This document shows, piece after piece, positions 16,572 to 34,784 of a stretch of 64,000 nucleotides of DNA (the stretch's first letter is position 1; each line of letters begins with the position of its first letter). The notes under the pieces were generated by a model. It had not been told where the DNA came from. It saw only the letters and a list, made by a program, of their open reading frames with translations, and made no database searches. Both the position numbers and the translations under genes were made by a program. The DNA is from the human T2T-CHM13v2.0 reference genome, Homo sapiens: NCBI RefSeq assembly GCF_009914755.1, contig NC_060928.1; one strand, written 5' to 3'.

Positions 16572-18479
16572 AAATGCTTTTTAAATGAATGAGTAAATTA
16601 AAAAGTGAACTGTATATATACATGTATTTACATGCACAAACGATGAAGACAAGAGATATTACTTTTTTACATCTTTGTTACCTTCTATTTGTAAACTCAC
16701 TTTGTAGATAATATATCATGCTTGTTGCTCTGTGCATGATGAGAGTTCTGTTACGTTAAGTAATCCCACAATTCAAAAATGAGTTGTTAAAGCAAAAGAC
16801 ACAATTTGGAAATCTATACAATCATTCTAACGATATTTTCTGACACAACTTTGTCTTTTTTCAAAAAAAGCATGTAAGACATAAATTGAGAGGTTACTAT
16901 ATGAATAAAAGAAGGGTTTTCAAATAGGCATTTCTACATATAGTCACCTTACTCTTGGTCCCTCAAAAAAAAGTCTACTTTTAAAAACAGGGCTGGTAAG
17001 ACTGACCAGTGTTTCTTTTTGTGGAGAGTTATATTTGTATATTTTCACAAACAGAACAGGTTGGGCAGTTACAAACATAGAAAAATATAATGAAAAGATC
17101 CAGATTCATTTTGTTTGGTTTTAATATAGTCTTTTTCTCTTTCCACTTTCAATATGACTGAGAGATTTAATTTGAGTAATACCACAGGAATGTAGTTTCA
17201 AGAAGGAAAAATGTTCAAATAACCATCTCCCTCTTCCTCACTTAAAAAAAGAATAATTTGCTATAATATATGTTGAAAGATTTTTGAGATATTTCCTTTT
17301 TGCTGGCATTTGTGTCCTTTCTTATGTAAGCAAATAAATAGAAAACATTGAAACTTAAATATATTTCTCAAAAGAGGGTTTTATGCAAAATACAATTGTT
17401 CTTTTTTTATTTCAAAACAATAGCACCAGTTAATATTATTATAAAAATAATAAATTTAATATGTGTATATCTTTTTTGCCCACTTCTATATTTTGTTTCT
17501 CAATGTGATTTCTTCTGAGATACATATTGGATTTTTCTGAGAAACTCATGAGTCTTTAAAAATAGCAGATTGGAAACATGGCGCATTGGATCCCAAGCCT
17601 TTACTTTGGGAGCACATGGGCAGCTGGGGCACCAGGACACTATTCTCAGTACTTAAGAAGGCCACAGCTTGGGGAAAGGGGGTATACAGAATTGTCACAG
17701 GCATGATCCTTCTGTTCAGTTTTCAGCAGAATTGACAGGCTCAAAATTACCTTTTCTCCTTCCCTGCAGCCTCTAAAAGCTTTGCATAGTCCCTTCACAA
17801 TAATCCCCTTTTATATCAATCTCTCTCCTTTTTTCTTCAAGTCTTCCAGGTTGTTCTAGGACAGCCAAGATTCACAAGCAGTATATTGTCGCTTCTTTCC
17901 CTAGCACTAGAGGCAGACTTCGCTAATCAATCACAATATTCTTCCTTGTTAGGCCTAGATTGGGTCTCAAACACAGGCTTCCGGGGGCCATTTCCTTGCT
18001 CAAATTGTACAAGAGACACAGATTTTTGACATTTTTGCCCTAGTTCATGAGATGGTGTCCTTATCATGCCTAGCTCTTGCTAAACTCTTTCCCCAGGGAG
18101 GCAGTATCTTGCTTCCTGTAATCTCCTGCTGCTGAGAAGGCCCCTGCTTGGAATCACAGTTCCACCACCTGCCTAAAGCAGTGCCTGCTGCCTGGGCTCC
18201 CCCATACCCTGGCCTGCTTGCTGGATCAGAGTCCCTGGTAGAAAGCCCCTCCTTGGTCAGATCTGAGACTCCTACCCCTTTTGACTACTGTCTTGGATTC
18301 CATGGTGGGGTAAGTCTCTTCATCTAGGGGCCTTTTCCCTGCGCCTGGCCTCCCTGTTCTGGCTTCCACTGTATTTCTAGTGACTGGGATTCCTGGGATC
18401 TAGACACATTTTGTTCCAAAGGACCCCTGCTACAACGCTCAAAAATCAGTCCCAGTTGTTTCATTTACAATACACATTT

Positions 18480-18960
18480 TTGTTAGGATTAAATGCTGTA
18501 ATTCTTATGAGACAATTAACATGGTTCCTATCACATAATAAGCACTCAATTAATATTAGCTGCTATAAGTTCTGTTATAATTTTCATCGTCATCATCATC
18601 ATCATGATCATTTCTATCAGGATCTCCATCTTAATTTGAGAAAGGCTTTTTCTGCAATAATCAGGAACAGGACAAGTCCCAGAGACCATCTGGCTGCTAA
18701 TGGACTGGAGACAACATACCTAACAAGTGTTCAAATTGGAGCCCATAGCAAACATTAATGATGGTCATCTTTTACTGAGAGCTCTGTGTCAAGAACTTCC
18801 CACATAGTATCTTAATTAACCCCCATAACAACCAAATTGTGTGGGAGTTATAACTCCCATTTTATTGATGAGAAAATGCAGGATTAGTGAATCCCATGCC
18901 TAACAAAAACGATAGTGAAACTGATATCAGATCCAGCCCTTTTTAAACACAAAACTCCAT
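18480..18960. mobile_element. Two MIR fragments in opposite orientation
   Basis: 'ttgttaggattaaatg...cacataataagcactcaat' and 'cccattttattgatgagaaaatgcagg'. Confidence 0.55.
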
Positions 18961-19389
18961 TCTTTTTCTCTTGAACATGTTACTTCTCTACAAACAGCCT
19001 GAATCCTGAAAGCAGAGCTTACTTTCTGGGCTTCCAGCTAATCAAGTCTGGTCTTATGGCCTGCGTGTTTCCTGCCTAGCCATATCATTAGGTAATTCCC
19101 GAAACTTTCCTCTTGTATCCTTACCTTTTGTTTTCTTTCTTCTCCTCTTCTAATCTGGCAGCCACACTCCTACTTCTATTTGTTCTTAGCCACTCTGGTT
19201 CCAATTTGCACCATCAGCCCTAAAGATCCAAACCAAGCTTAAATCCTCCATTTAGTCTGCTTAGACTATTATAGCCCACTTTCAAGTGATTTTACCCTCT
19301 CCTTCAAATTCCTTTTACTCTCTTGTTATCTGCATTTAGTGCCACACAATTATTATTCTTAGTTATTGCCTAATTATTTCAAATGTGCA

Positions 19390-19885
19390 TTCATTCAACT
19401 ACTACATGTTTAAATACATATTATAAATCAGAAACTGAGTTAAGCAACATATATGGAGATATATAGACAAGTATGCTATTACAAAACCCTTAAGGTAATA
19501 TTAGTTGAGCAAATAAGAAATATAGACAAATAGTTATAGTAGTGTTTTGAGTTTAAAAAGTACCATGAGAAATAAAGACAGCTAAAAGAATTCAGACAAG
19601 GGAAGGCTTACTTCTACCACGAAGGGAATGAGGAAGAAATAATGATTCATTTAACTGAGGTAGAAGATTCTGATACCGAGAGAGAGAGCACTCTGGCAGG
19701 CACTGCCTGACACAGGCGTGGAGTCTGGTGAGGGCACTATCAAGGACTAATGAGCCACTGTCGTCTAACTGTGCTTTAGAGTGTCTGGAGGAGAACTGTG
19801 GGATAGTGTACATGGAGGAAGTCCTTAAATACCATGTAATGGTATCACTGGTTAAAAGAGGGGGTCACTGGAAATTTTTGAAATG
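19390..19885. mobile_element. L2 fragment
   Basis: Starts 'tcattcaac', followed by degenerate purine-rich L2 3' region. Confidence 0.45.
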
Positions 19886-19908
19886 ATATAGTCAGAACTG
19901 TTGTTTTT

Positions 19909-20193
19909 GCCGGGTGCAGTGGCTCACACCTGTAATCCCAACACTTTGGGAGGCTGAAGTAGGTGGTTTGCTTGAGCCGAGTAGTTCGATACCAGCCTGG
20001 GCAACACAGCAAAACCCTGTCTCTACAAAAGATACAAAAATGAGCTGAGCATGGTGTTCATGCCTGTGGTCCCAGCTACTCGAGAGGCTGAGGTGTGAGG
20101 ATCACCCGACGAGGCTGCAGTGAGCCATCATGGCGCTGCTGCACTCCAGCCTGGGCAACAAGTGAGACTTTGTCTCAAAACAGAACAAAACAA
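19909..20193 (+). mobile_element. AluJ with short right-arm deletion
   Basis: J-type features (gcttgagcc, gaggctgcagtgagcc); TSD aa(c/t)tgttgtttt. Confidence 0.9.
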
Positions 20194-20788
20194 AATTGTT
20201 GTTTTGCATCCCTCCCCCTAATTAACAGAAAGTCTATTAAAGTTTAAAATCATGTTTTCATATTTCATTCACATTTCCTTAGAACTTGGCACAACTGTGG
20301 ACACAAATAAATATTTAATAAATAACCAGTGACTGATAAGAAGCAGTTACATATTATAGCTCTTTTATATATTTGCTTATCAATTTTCATGTTCATTTTA
20401 ATTCTAACTAAAAAGAAACTAGAATTTTTTAAATTAAAAAGTGTAGAGTCTAATTAGGTGGCATGATATTTAAGCAAAACAGCCCTTTGCCTCTGAATCA
20501 GTCCACTGACCTACAGATACCATTACAGGTGTTAACTTCAGCTTCAAAAATATTTGTTATAAGATGGTAAACTCCAGATAAAACATTCCTTAAAACATGA
20601 CTTTAGTATTCATTATATTACCTCATTTTTTCTCCAGTATGGATTTTTAAAATTTGTTTGCAGAAATTTTTTTCCCCAAATCTTACCAAGTACCTGGAAA
20701 ATCTTGTCTTAGCCTTTATCTTTGGTTTTAAAAGTGTGATTCAAATCATTTTACATACTCACTTTTAACGTTATGAAAAAGCTATCAG

Positions 20789-21692
20789 GGACAGGAGCCA
20801 AGATGGCCGAATAGGAACAGCTCCGGTCTACAGCTCCCAGCGTGAGCGACGCAGAAGATGGTGATTTCTGCATTTCCATCTGAGGTACCGGGTTCATCTC
20901 ACTAGGGAGTGCCAGATAGTGGGTGCAGGTCAGTGGGTGCGCGCACCGTGCGCGAGCCGAAGCAGGGCGAGGCATTGCCCCACTTGGGAAGCGCAAGGGG
21001 TCAGGGAGTTCCCTTTCCGAGTCAAAGAAAGGGGTGACGGACGCACCTGGAAAATCGGGTCACTCCCACCCGAATACTGCGCTTTTCCGACTGGCTTAAA
21101 AAATGGGGCACCACGAGATTATATCCCGCACCTGGCTCGGAGGGTCCTACGCCCACGGAGTCTCGCTGATTGCTAGCACAGCAGTTTGAGATCAAACTGC
21201 AAGGTGGCAGCGAGGCTGGGGGAGGGGCGCCCGCCATTGCCCAGGCTTGCTTAGGTAAACAAAGCAGCCAGGAAGCTCCAACTGGGTGGAGCCCACCACA
21301 GCTCAAGGAGGCCTGCCTGCCTCTGTAGGCTCCACCTCTGGGGGCAGGGCACACACAAACAAAAAGACAGCAGTAACCCCTGCAGACTTAAATGTCCCTG
21401 TCTGACAGCTTTGAAGAGAGCAGTGGTTCTCCCAGCACGCAGCTGGAGATCTGAGAATGGGCAGACTGCCTCCTCAAGTGGGTCCCTGACCCCTGACCCC
21501 CGAGCAGCCTAACTGGGAGGCACCCCCCAGCAGGGGCACACTGACACCTCACACAGCAGGGTATTCCAACAGACCTGCAGCTGAGGGTCCTGTCTGTTAG
21601 AAGGAAAACTAACAAACAGAAAGGACATCCACACCAAAAACCCATCTGTACATCACCATCATCAAAGACCAAAAGTAGATAAAACCACAAAG
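20789..21692 (+). promoter_or_regulatory. L1 5'UTR bidirectional promoter (CpG-rich; sense and antisense)
   Basis: About 900-bp short-form 5'UTR, many retained CpGs, intact YY1 site near 20799-20808; promoter role is established for the family, not shown for this copy. Confidence 0.75.
21022..21237 (-). CDS. L1 ORF0 (71 aa antisense ORF), intact
   Basis: MAGAPPPASLPPCSLIS...RFSRCVRHPFL* with ATG in GCAATGG context; matches the primate L1 ORF0 in length and sequence as recalled. Translation not demonstrated. Confidence 0.75.
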   Translation of the reverse strand: MAGAPPPASLPPCSLISNCCASNQRDSVGVGPSEPGAGYNLVVPHFLSQSEKRSIRVGVTRFSRCVRHPFL

Positions 21693-22710
21693 ATGGGGAA
21701 AAAACAGAACAGAAAAACTGGAAACTCTAAAAAGCAGAGCACCTCTCCTCCTCCAAAGGAACGCAGTTCCTCAGCAGCAACGGAACAAAGCTGGATGGAG
21801 AATGACTTTGACGAGCTGAGAGAAGAAGGCTTCAGACGATCAAATTACTCTGTGCTACGGGAGGACATTCAAACCAAAGGCAAAGAAGTTGAAAACTTTG
21901 AAAAAAATTCAGAAGAATCTATAACTAGAATAACCAATACAGAGAAGTGCTTAAAGGAGCTGATGGAGCTGAAAACCAAGGCTCGAGAACTATGTGAAGA
22001 ATGCAGAAGCCTCAGGAGCTGATGTGATCAACTGGAAGAAAGGGAATCAGTGATGGAAGATGAAATGAATGAAATGAAGTGAGAAGGGAAGTTTAGAGAA
22101 AAAAGAATAAAAAGAAATGAGCAAAGCCTCCAAGAAATATGGGACTATGTGAAAAGACCAAATCTACGTCTGATTGGTGTACCTGAAAGTGATGGGGAGA
22201 GTGGAACCAAGTTGGAAAACACTCTGCAGGATATTATCCAGGAGAACTTCCCCAATTTAGCAAGGCAGGCCAATGTTCAAATTCAGGAAATACAGAGAAC
22301 GCCACAAAGATACTCCTCGAGAAGAGCAACTCCAAGACACATAATTGTCAGATTGACCAAAGTTGAAATGAAGGAAAAAATGTTAAGGGCAGCCAGAGAG
22401 AAAGGTCGGGTTATCCACAAAGGGAAGCCCATCAGACTAACAGCAGATCTCTTGACAGAAACACTATCAGCCAGAAGAGAGTGGGGACCAATAATCAACA
22501 TTCTTAAAGAAAAGAATTTTCAACCCAGAATTTCATATCCAGCCAAACTAAGCTTCATAAGTGAAGGAGAAATAAAATCCTTTACAGACAAGCAAATGCT
22601 GAGAGATTTTTGTCACCACCAGGCCTGCCCTAAAAGAGCTCCTGAAGGAAGCGCTAAACATGGAAAGGAACAACAGGTACCAGCCGCTGCAAAATCATGC
22701 CAAAATGTGA
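21693..22710 (+). pseudogene. L1 ORF1p, disrupted
   Basis: MGKKQNRKTGNSK start; premature TGA at 22020-22022 and about 22080 (CGA>TGA); +1 frameshift near 22610. Confidence 0.93.
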
Positions 22711-22773
22711 AGACCATCAAGACTAGGAAGAAACTGCATCAACTAACAAGCAAAATAACCAGCTAACATCATA

Positions 22774-26598
<3,825 letters not shown>

Positions 26599-28593
26599 AC
26601 AATGAGATCACATGGACACAGGAAGGGGAATATCACACTCTGGGGACTGTTGTGGGGTGGGGGGAGGGGGGAGGGATAGCATTGGGAGATATACCTAATG
26701 CTAGATGACGAGTTAGTGGGTGCAGCGCACCAGCATGGCACATGTATACATATGTAACTAACCTGCACAATGTGCACATGTACCCTAAAACTTAAAGTAT
26801 AATTAAAAATATATATATATATATATATATAAAAAGAAAAAGCTATCAGTTGGAGAGGATGTTTTCACCAAGGCAAATCAACAGAACTGGCGGTTTGGAC
26901 AAGACCAGAAAGTCCAGGGAAACTAATGACGCACACTCTACTCCTGGCACACATGACTGTAGAAGCATCCAGGCTATTCAAAGGCCGTGAAAACAAACAA
27001 GTAAAACAGGCTTCCGTTTCCTCTGAGGATTCCCCCATTGGAACCCAACACATCTTCCCAAGGCCAAGAATAAGGAGCTGAAAGACTGAAAGGATTTGGT
27101 TATTAGTTTGTACAAACCAGTTTCTTTGTAGAAGGCACTTTTGTTTGAGTGGGAAAGATTTTTTTTCTTGCAGATTTTGCTGAGAAGTCATTGATTTGAT
27201 CTGTGATCCTATGTGTACCTAGTCCAGAAGTCAGCCAAGAGGACTCTCATGTCTCTGATGAGAGGTAGAATTCTGGAGGAAATGCACACCATTGTAGGTA
27301 GAGGTGGCCTGTTTACAGTTTATCCTGCCCAGAGTAAAAATGTACCTTCCTGGACTAAATTCCTTATTACTGGTCAGTTATAAAATATGCGTAAGGTAAA
27401 ATGAATTTCTGCCCAGATAATAGTTTAGGAGAAACAAGTAATTATAGGGATGTTTGGAACATTTATTTATAACTATGGAAACTTTCTTCATAAAAACTCA
27501 AAGTTCCCTCAGGAGAGGCTGCTGGAATGGTTGGATCTACTTTATTTGCCAGCAAGATTTAGCAGGTTGTGTTATTTGCAAATATATTCTTTATTAGGGT
27601 GAAACTATGTGTTTATTTTCAAATTTTCATCAATATTTCTTGCTTCTTTTCACTTGTCAAACTATCCTTGTTGCTTGTACAGGAGAGTACTGTGTGTACA
27701 GAGAGTTTTGTATACTTGAGAAATTGTTTGGTCTGCTCTTTTGGAAAAATAATTACACAGAGTGTCCAATACAGATATTAACATTGGCGACATCTAGTCC
27801 TGCAGGAATGCAGGGTCAGGAGAGATTTGTTTGAGCTGTTCTTAGTGCATAAAAGACTATGTAGTTTTTTTTCTAAGCTCAGGAAGGACTATAGTTGCAA
27901 AGTGAGTCAACATCCTGCAGCATCCCACAGTGTATCAGGCTGAGACGTTATATTTTCTTTCTTGTATGTGGTACTGTCTATAGTGTCTTCCTTCTTTCTA
28001 AATATGCTCTTCCCAGACAGAGTTGGTCTAGTGGTTGTTTGTACTGCGTGGTTTTGAGGGGGGTTAAGAATAGCAAGTCCAAGTACATTATTATTATTTC
28101 AACCTTCTCTTGAAAAGAAAATGCCATGCAGTGTATGCATTTGCTTTTATGAAGTAAAAATGGTAATTCCCAGTAGAACTACACTGTGGAGGATGGGAAA
28201 CAGATGCTTTGGTCAGCCTCAGGGACTGACCGTAACATACTGTGGAAATACGAAAGAGTAAGAAATGAATTGCATAATCTTCTGACTTTAATGAGCTGAT
28301 TGACCCAGATGGCATGCGTGCACCTTGTTTCAACAATATTTTGCTAACACAATTTTGGGCTGGTTTCCCACTGCTATAAGGAGTTGGGGGACATTCTGAA
28401 ATAATTGATTCTGTCCACCTGTTTTGGCTTAACACTTTGGTGGGAAATTGGTGTCATGGAGAGGAACCCTTCATTTAGATAAAGAAAAGCAAAGACTTGA
28501 AGGAATGACCAAATAATACCCAAATAGTCAGATGATGAGTTTGTTGCAAACACCGAGAAATCTTTAATGTTTCCATGGTGTGGGCTGGCATGT

Positions 28594-29062
28594 GTCTTAG
28601 GCTGAACTCCCCAGAAACAGAGCTTGAGAAAAGGATTTGAGTAAAAATACCTTATTCATAAGACATCCCAGGAAGCAGAGGTAGGAGTGTGGGAAATTTC
28701 GATGGAAAGCGGAAGGGAGCCAATAATAAAGATTATGTCATCCAGCAGATACTGAAGCAGGTCACTGGGGCTCAGTCCTTCTGAGGAATTCCGGGAAGCA
28801 GTGAGGAACAGGCTCAGAGTTGTCCAACTCAAGGAGCAAGGAAGCTGGGTCAGGGGTGGGCGGTGGTATCTATGAGCTTTCAACCTTCATTGGTTGAGAA
28901 CTGCCCTTGGGGACATTAACTCCTCAGGACTTCCTGCTTGCCCTGAGCAAGGCTAGAGCATTCTCCTACAGCCTGAAAGAACCCCCAGGGAGAGAGCTGC
29001 ATTGTCTTTGGCTAGTACAGAAATCAGAGTTATTGGTTAGATGCAGACAGTATCTGTTGCAG
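28594..29062. mobile_element. LTR33-like ERVL LTR
   Basis: 'tgtcttaggctgaactccccagaaacagagcttgagaaaaggatttgagt...ggaagggagccaata'. Confidence 0.65.
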
Positions 29063-29479
29063 AATGCTAATGACTTATTTACCCAAGGAAGATAAAAAAG
29101 CAAATGGATATGCTGATATAAATGAATAAATGAATACATTGAAATTTTGTTGAGGGATGTTATATTCACATGGTTTCAACTTACTTTATTACGAAATACT
29201 TATTAGTTAAAAAGAAAAAAACAGTATAGTACAGAAGCCTTGCAAACCACCTTAATCAAGTAATCAAAGCTAACATAACCAATCATGAGACACATCAAAA
29301 CCATGTGCCACCTGACAGACACAATGAGAACACAGAATTGCTTTTATGATGTTGCTGCCAAAGAAGCATGATCTGACTCTGCTTCTGAAGGAATATCAGA
29401 TGAACTGAACTGCAGGGATATTCCACCATATGGAACCGGATCTGTCACCTTTAAAAATGTCAAAGTCAATAAAAAAGAA

Positions 29480-30325
29480 AACAAGTTTTTCTTATCCTCA
29501 CAACATTTCTGACGCCAAAAGTATGATTTTCCCCCCACATCAACTAATTCTCTAATTTTCACCACACACCGAGTGTCCTACAATTTAACTCAATTCTGAC
29601 CCTACCCAGAGTTAGCACAGACCCCAGAGACTAAAGGCTCAGTCCCACAGAATTGTCCTCCTACCTCAGATGCCAGTAGAAAGCAGTGGCTTCCTAGGTT
29701 ACCCACTAATTCTGTCTGACTTGGCTACAAATTGGAGGTTGCCACAACTCCATCCTTAGGTTCATAATTTGCTAGAACATCTCGCAGAACCTAGGTAACT
29801 GTTTACTAACAATTACTGATTTACTACAAAAGACATTTTAAAGGATACAAATGAGCAGCCAGATAACAGATGCATAGGACAAGGTCTAGGAAAGTCCCAA
29901 GCACAGGAGCTTCTGTCCCCATGGAGTTTGAGGTCTGCTGCTCTCCTGGCACATACATGTGTTCCTGCTCAACCTGGAAGCTCTCTTAATCCCATTGTTT
30001 AGGATTTTTCTTTTAAAGAGGTTCCATTAGGTTGGCATGATTGATTAAATCATTGACCATTGGTCATTGAACTCAATCTCCAGCCCTTCTCCCCTCACAG
30101 GAGACTGGAGGATGAGGCTGAAATTTTCAACCCTCTAATCACAAGGTTGGTTCCTCTGGCAACCAGCCCTGATCCTCCAAGAATTGCCTCATTAGCATAA
30201 ACTCAGGTATGGTTGAAAGAGGCTTTTATGAACAACAAAAAAGATTCCTCTCACCGCTATATAACCCAAGAAATTCTAAGGGTTTTAGAAGCTCTGTGCC
30301 AGGAACCTGAAGTAAGGACCAAATA
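29480..30325. mobile_element. MER21-family LTR
   Basis: 'gtgtcctacaatttaactcaattctgac', 'ggctcagtcccaca', 'ggttcctctggcaaccagccc'. Confidence 0.75.
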
Positions 30326-30338
30326 TATAGAGAGAGAC

Positions 30339-30376
<38 letters not shown>

Positions 30377-30415
30377 CTATATATCTATATCTATATCTAT
30401 ATCTATATCTATATA
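30325..30415. repeat. Compound (TA)n/(GA)n/(CTATAT)n microsatellite
   Basis: Directly visible. Confidence 0.95.
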
Positions 30416-31292
30416 GTCAGAGTCATGAAAGTCAAGGAAAGACTGAGGAACTGTATCAGATTGAAGGTGCCTATGGAGAAATGACAACTCAGTGTAGCAT
30501 GTGATCTGGACTAGATACTTTTTCTATACAGGATATTATTGGAGCAACTGGAAAAGTTGAATGGAGTCTTGAGGTTAGTTGTAGTGACATATCAATGTTA
30601 ATTTCCTATATAATATTGATGCTGTATGTGGGTATATAGGACAGTGTTCTTGTTAGTAGGAATTACACACTAAAGGATTCAGAGGTCATGGGGCATACTG
30701 GCAACTTATTCTCGAATGGTTCAGGGTAAAACAGTCTTTCTTGCACCATTTGTGTAACTTTTCTGCAAGCTTGAAATTGTTTCAAATTAAACAGTTTTTA
30801 AGAGTAAATGATTAAAGAATCAAGGCACAATTATGTAAACTTTATCCACCCCTTTTTCCTTTTAAAGAGTCTCTCCTTGATGGTGGGTAGTCCCATGGAC
30901 AGCAGCATTGCACTACTACTAAGGACCATAGAGCCAAATTGAACAATAGGTACCAGAGCTCCAGCTAAACTCTAGCCTGGTTGAGTAGTATTTTCATTTT
31001 GAATAGCTACAAGAGAACTACCTGATGTCACTATTGATACTGAGGATGAATCTCCTTCCCAAATGTTTTTCTAAAACAAGTGAGAAATTTCATGGCTATT
31101 TTTAAACTAAGTTGAAAGAAGGAAAGGTAGGGATCGTGAGGGACACCATGGTACATGCTTGAATTTATAGGTGTGAGAATTTTTGTCAACATCTTTTGAT
31201 AATAAATAACAGCTATCCTTTTATACAAGGATATTAGTATGTAAGAAGCAGGAGGTTAATACAGCTTACAATATCTAGAAATTCCCTAATTT

Positions 31293-31669
31293 CCTTTCCT
31301 TCCTTCCTTCCTTCCTTCCTTCCTTTCTTCCTTCCTTCTTTCCTTCTTTCCTTCCTTTCTCCTTCCCTCCCTCCCTCCCTTCCTCTCTTACTTTTTCTTT
31401 CTTTCTTTTTTTTGCGGCAGGGTCTCACTCTGTCACCCAGGCTGGAGTGCAGTGGCTCACTACAATCTCAGTTCACTGTAGCCTCAACCTCCCAGGCTCA
31501 AGCAATCCTCCCACCTCAGCCTCCCAAGTAGCTGGGACCACAGGTGTATGCCACCATATCCAGATAATTTTTGTATTTTTTTCTAGAGCCAGGATTTTGC
31601 CATGTTGCCCAGGCTGGTCTTGAACTCCTCAGCTCAAGTGATCTGCCCCAAAAGTGCTGGGATTACAGG
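31293..31669 (-). mobile_element. AluJ, slightly 5'-truncated, with (CCTT)n tail
   Basis: TSD attcccta(a/c)ttt at 31281-31292 and 31670-31681. Confidence 0.9.
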
Positions 31670-31887
31670 ATTCCCTACTTTTGTTAGAGAAATAATAATT
31701 GTGTCAATACTTAGCATGATCCTCCTTTGCATAGATGTAATGGGATTGAGCCAGATAGAGTAAGAAGGCAACAATACATTGTCTCATCATTGAATATAAT
31801 GAGAAATACCTTCCCTGTACTTCCCAGATGTTGGAATACATATTCAGATCTGCAGTTCATGAGGAAAATAAATTTCTGAGCAATTAT

Positions 31888-32170
31888 TTTTTGAGACAGG
31901 ATCTGGCTCTGTCACTCAGGCTGGAGTGCCGAGAGATGATAGCTCACTGTAACCTGGAACTTCTGGGCTTAAGCTATCCTCTCTCCTCAGCTTCCCAAAT
32001 AGCTGAAACTACAGGCATGTGCCACCAGGCTAATTTAAAAAAATTTTTTTTGTAGAGACAGGGTCTTGCTATGTTGCTCAGGGTAGTCTTGAACTCTTGG
32101 CCTCAAATGATTCTCCTGCCTCAGCCTCCCAAAGTGCTGGGATAACAGGTAGAGGCACCATGCCTAGCCA
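31888..32170 (-). mobile_element. AluJ
   Basis: Antisense dimer; TSD gagcaa(t/a)tattt. Confidence 0.9.
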
Positions 32171-32479
32171 GAGCAAATATTTAAGATTTAAGGTACTTCT
32201 CTTTGGTAATTAAGCGGAGGATTTTGTTTTTGTTTTTATTTTTTTTCTTTAGTACACCTAATTGAAGTTCTTTAAAATTAACTTATGTTGAATTGATAGA
32301 GATTTCTATTAATTTGTTTATTTTTAAACTAATTAAATACGTATTTGTGAATCACTGTGTCTGCCTATTTCCATGATTCTAAACACACTGTAAGAAGCCA
32401 TATCACCATTGAATTAATCAGTTGAATGGAGATGAATCTATATAAGATTCCTCTACCTGTTTTGATAACATTGGCTACA

Positions 32480-34450
<1,971 letters not shown>

Positions 34451-34569
34451 AAAATATCTTATCCAAGACCACAAAACTATTAAAACTGAGCTATAAACAT
34501 AGGTATCTTAGTTCTGGAAACCTCATACCTATGGCATTTACTGGTTCTATTTTTCCCATCAAGATTAAT

Positions 34570-34755
34570 CTAGAAGACAAATCCTGGTTCTACTATTCAT
34601 ATGATGTGTAATATTAGACAAGTTACTTAACCTCCTTGGGCCTCAGTTTCCTCTTTTTAAAGTGGGAAAGATAATAATATTGACTACCTTATGGAGTAAT
34701 TATGAGGATTATATGAATAAATGCATGTAAAGCCCTTAGGCTAATGCTTGGTACT
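34570..34755 (+). mobile_element. MIR
   Basis: 'caagttacttaacctccttgggcctcagtttcctc' core. Confidence 0.8.
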
Positions 34756-34784
34756 TCTACTCTGTTGTTGCTGGTGTTACTTAT

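Larger units (their letters stand above)
29090..30790 (+). mobile_element. L1MC-type 3' end split by a MER21 LTR
   Basis: 'accaccttaatcaagtaatcaaag'; resumes at about 30420 'catgaaagtcaaggaaagactgaggaactg'. Confidence 0.65.
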
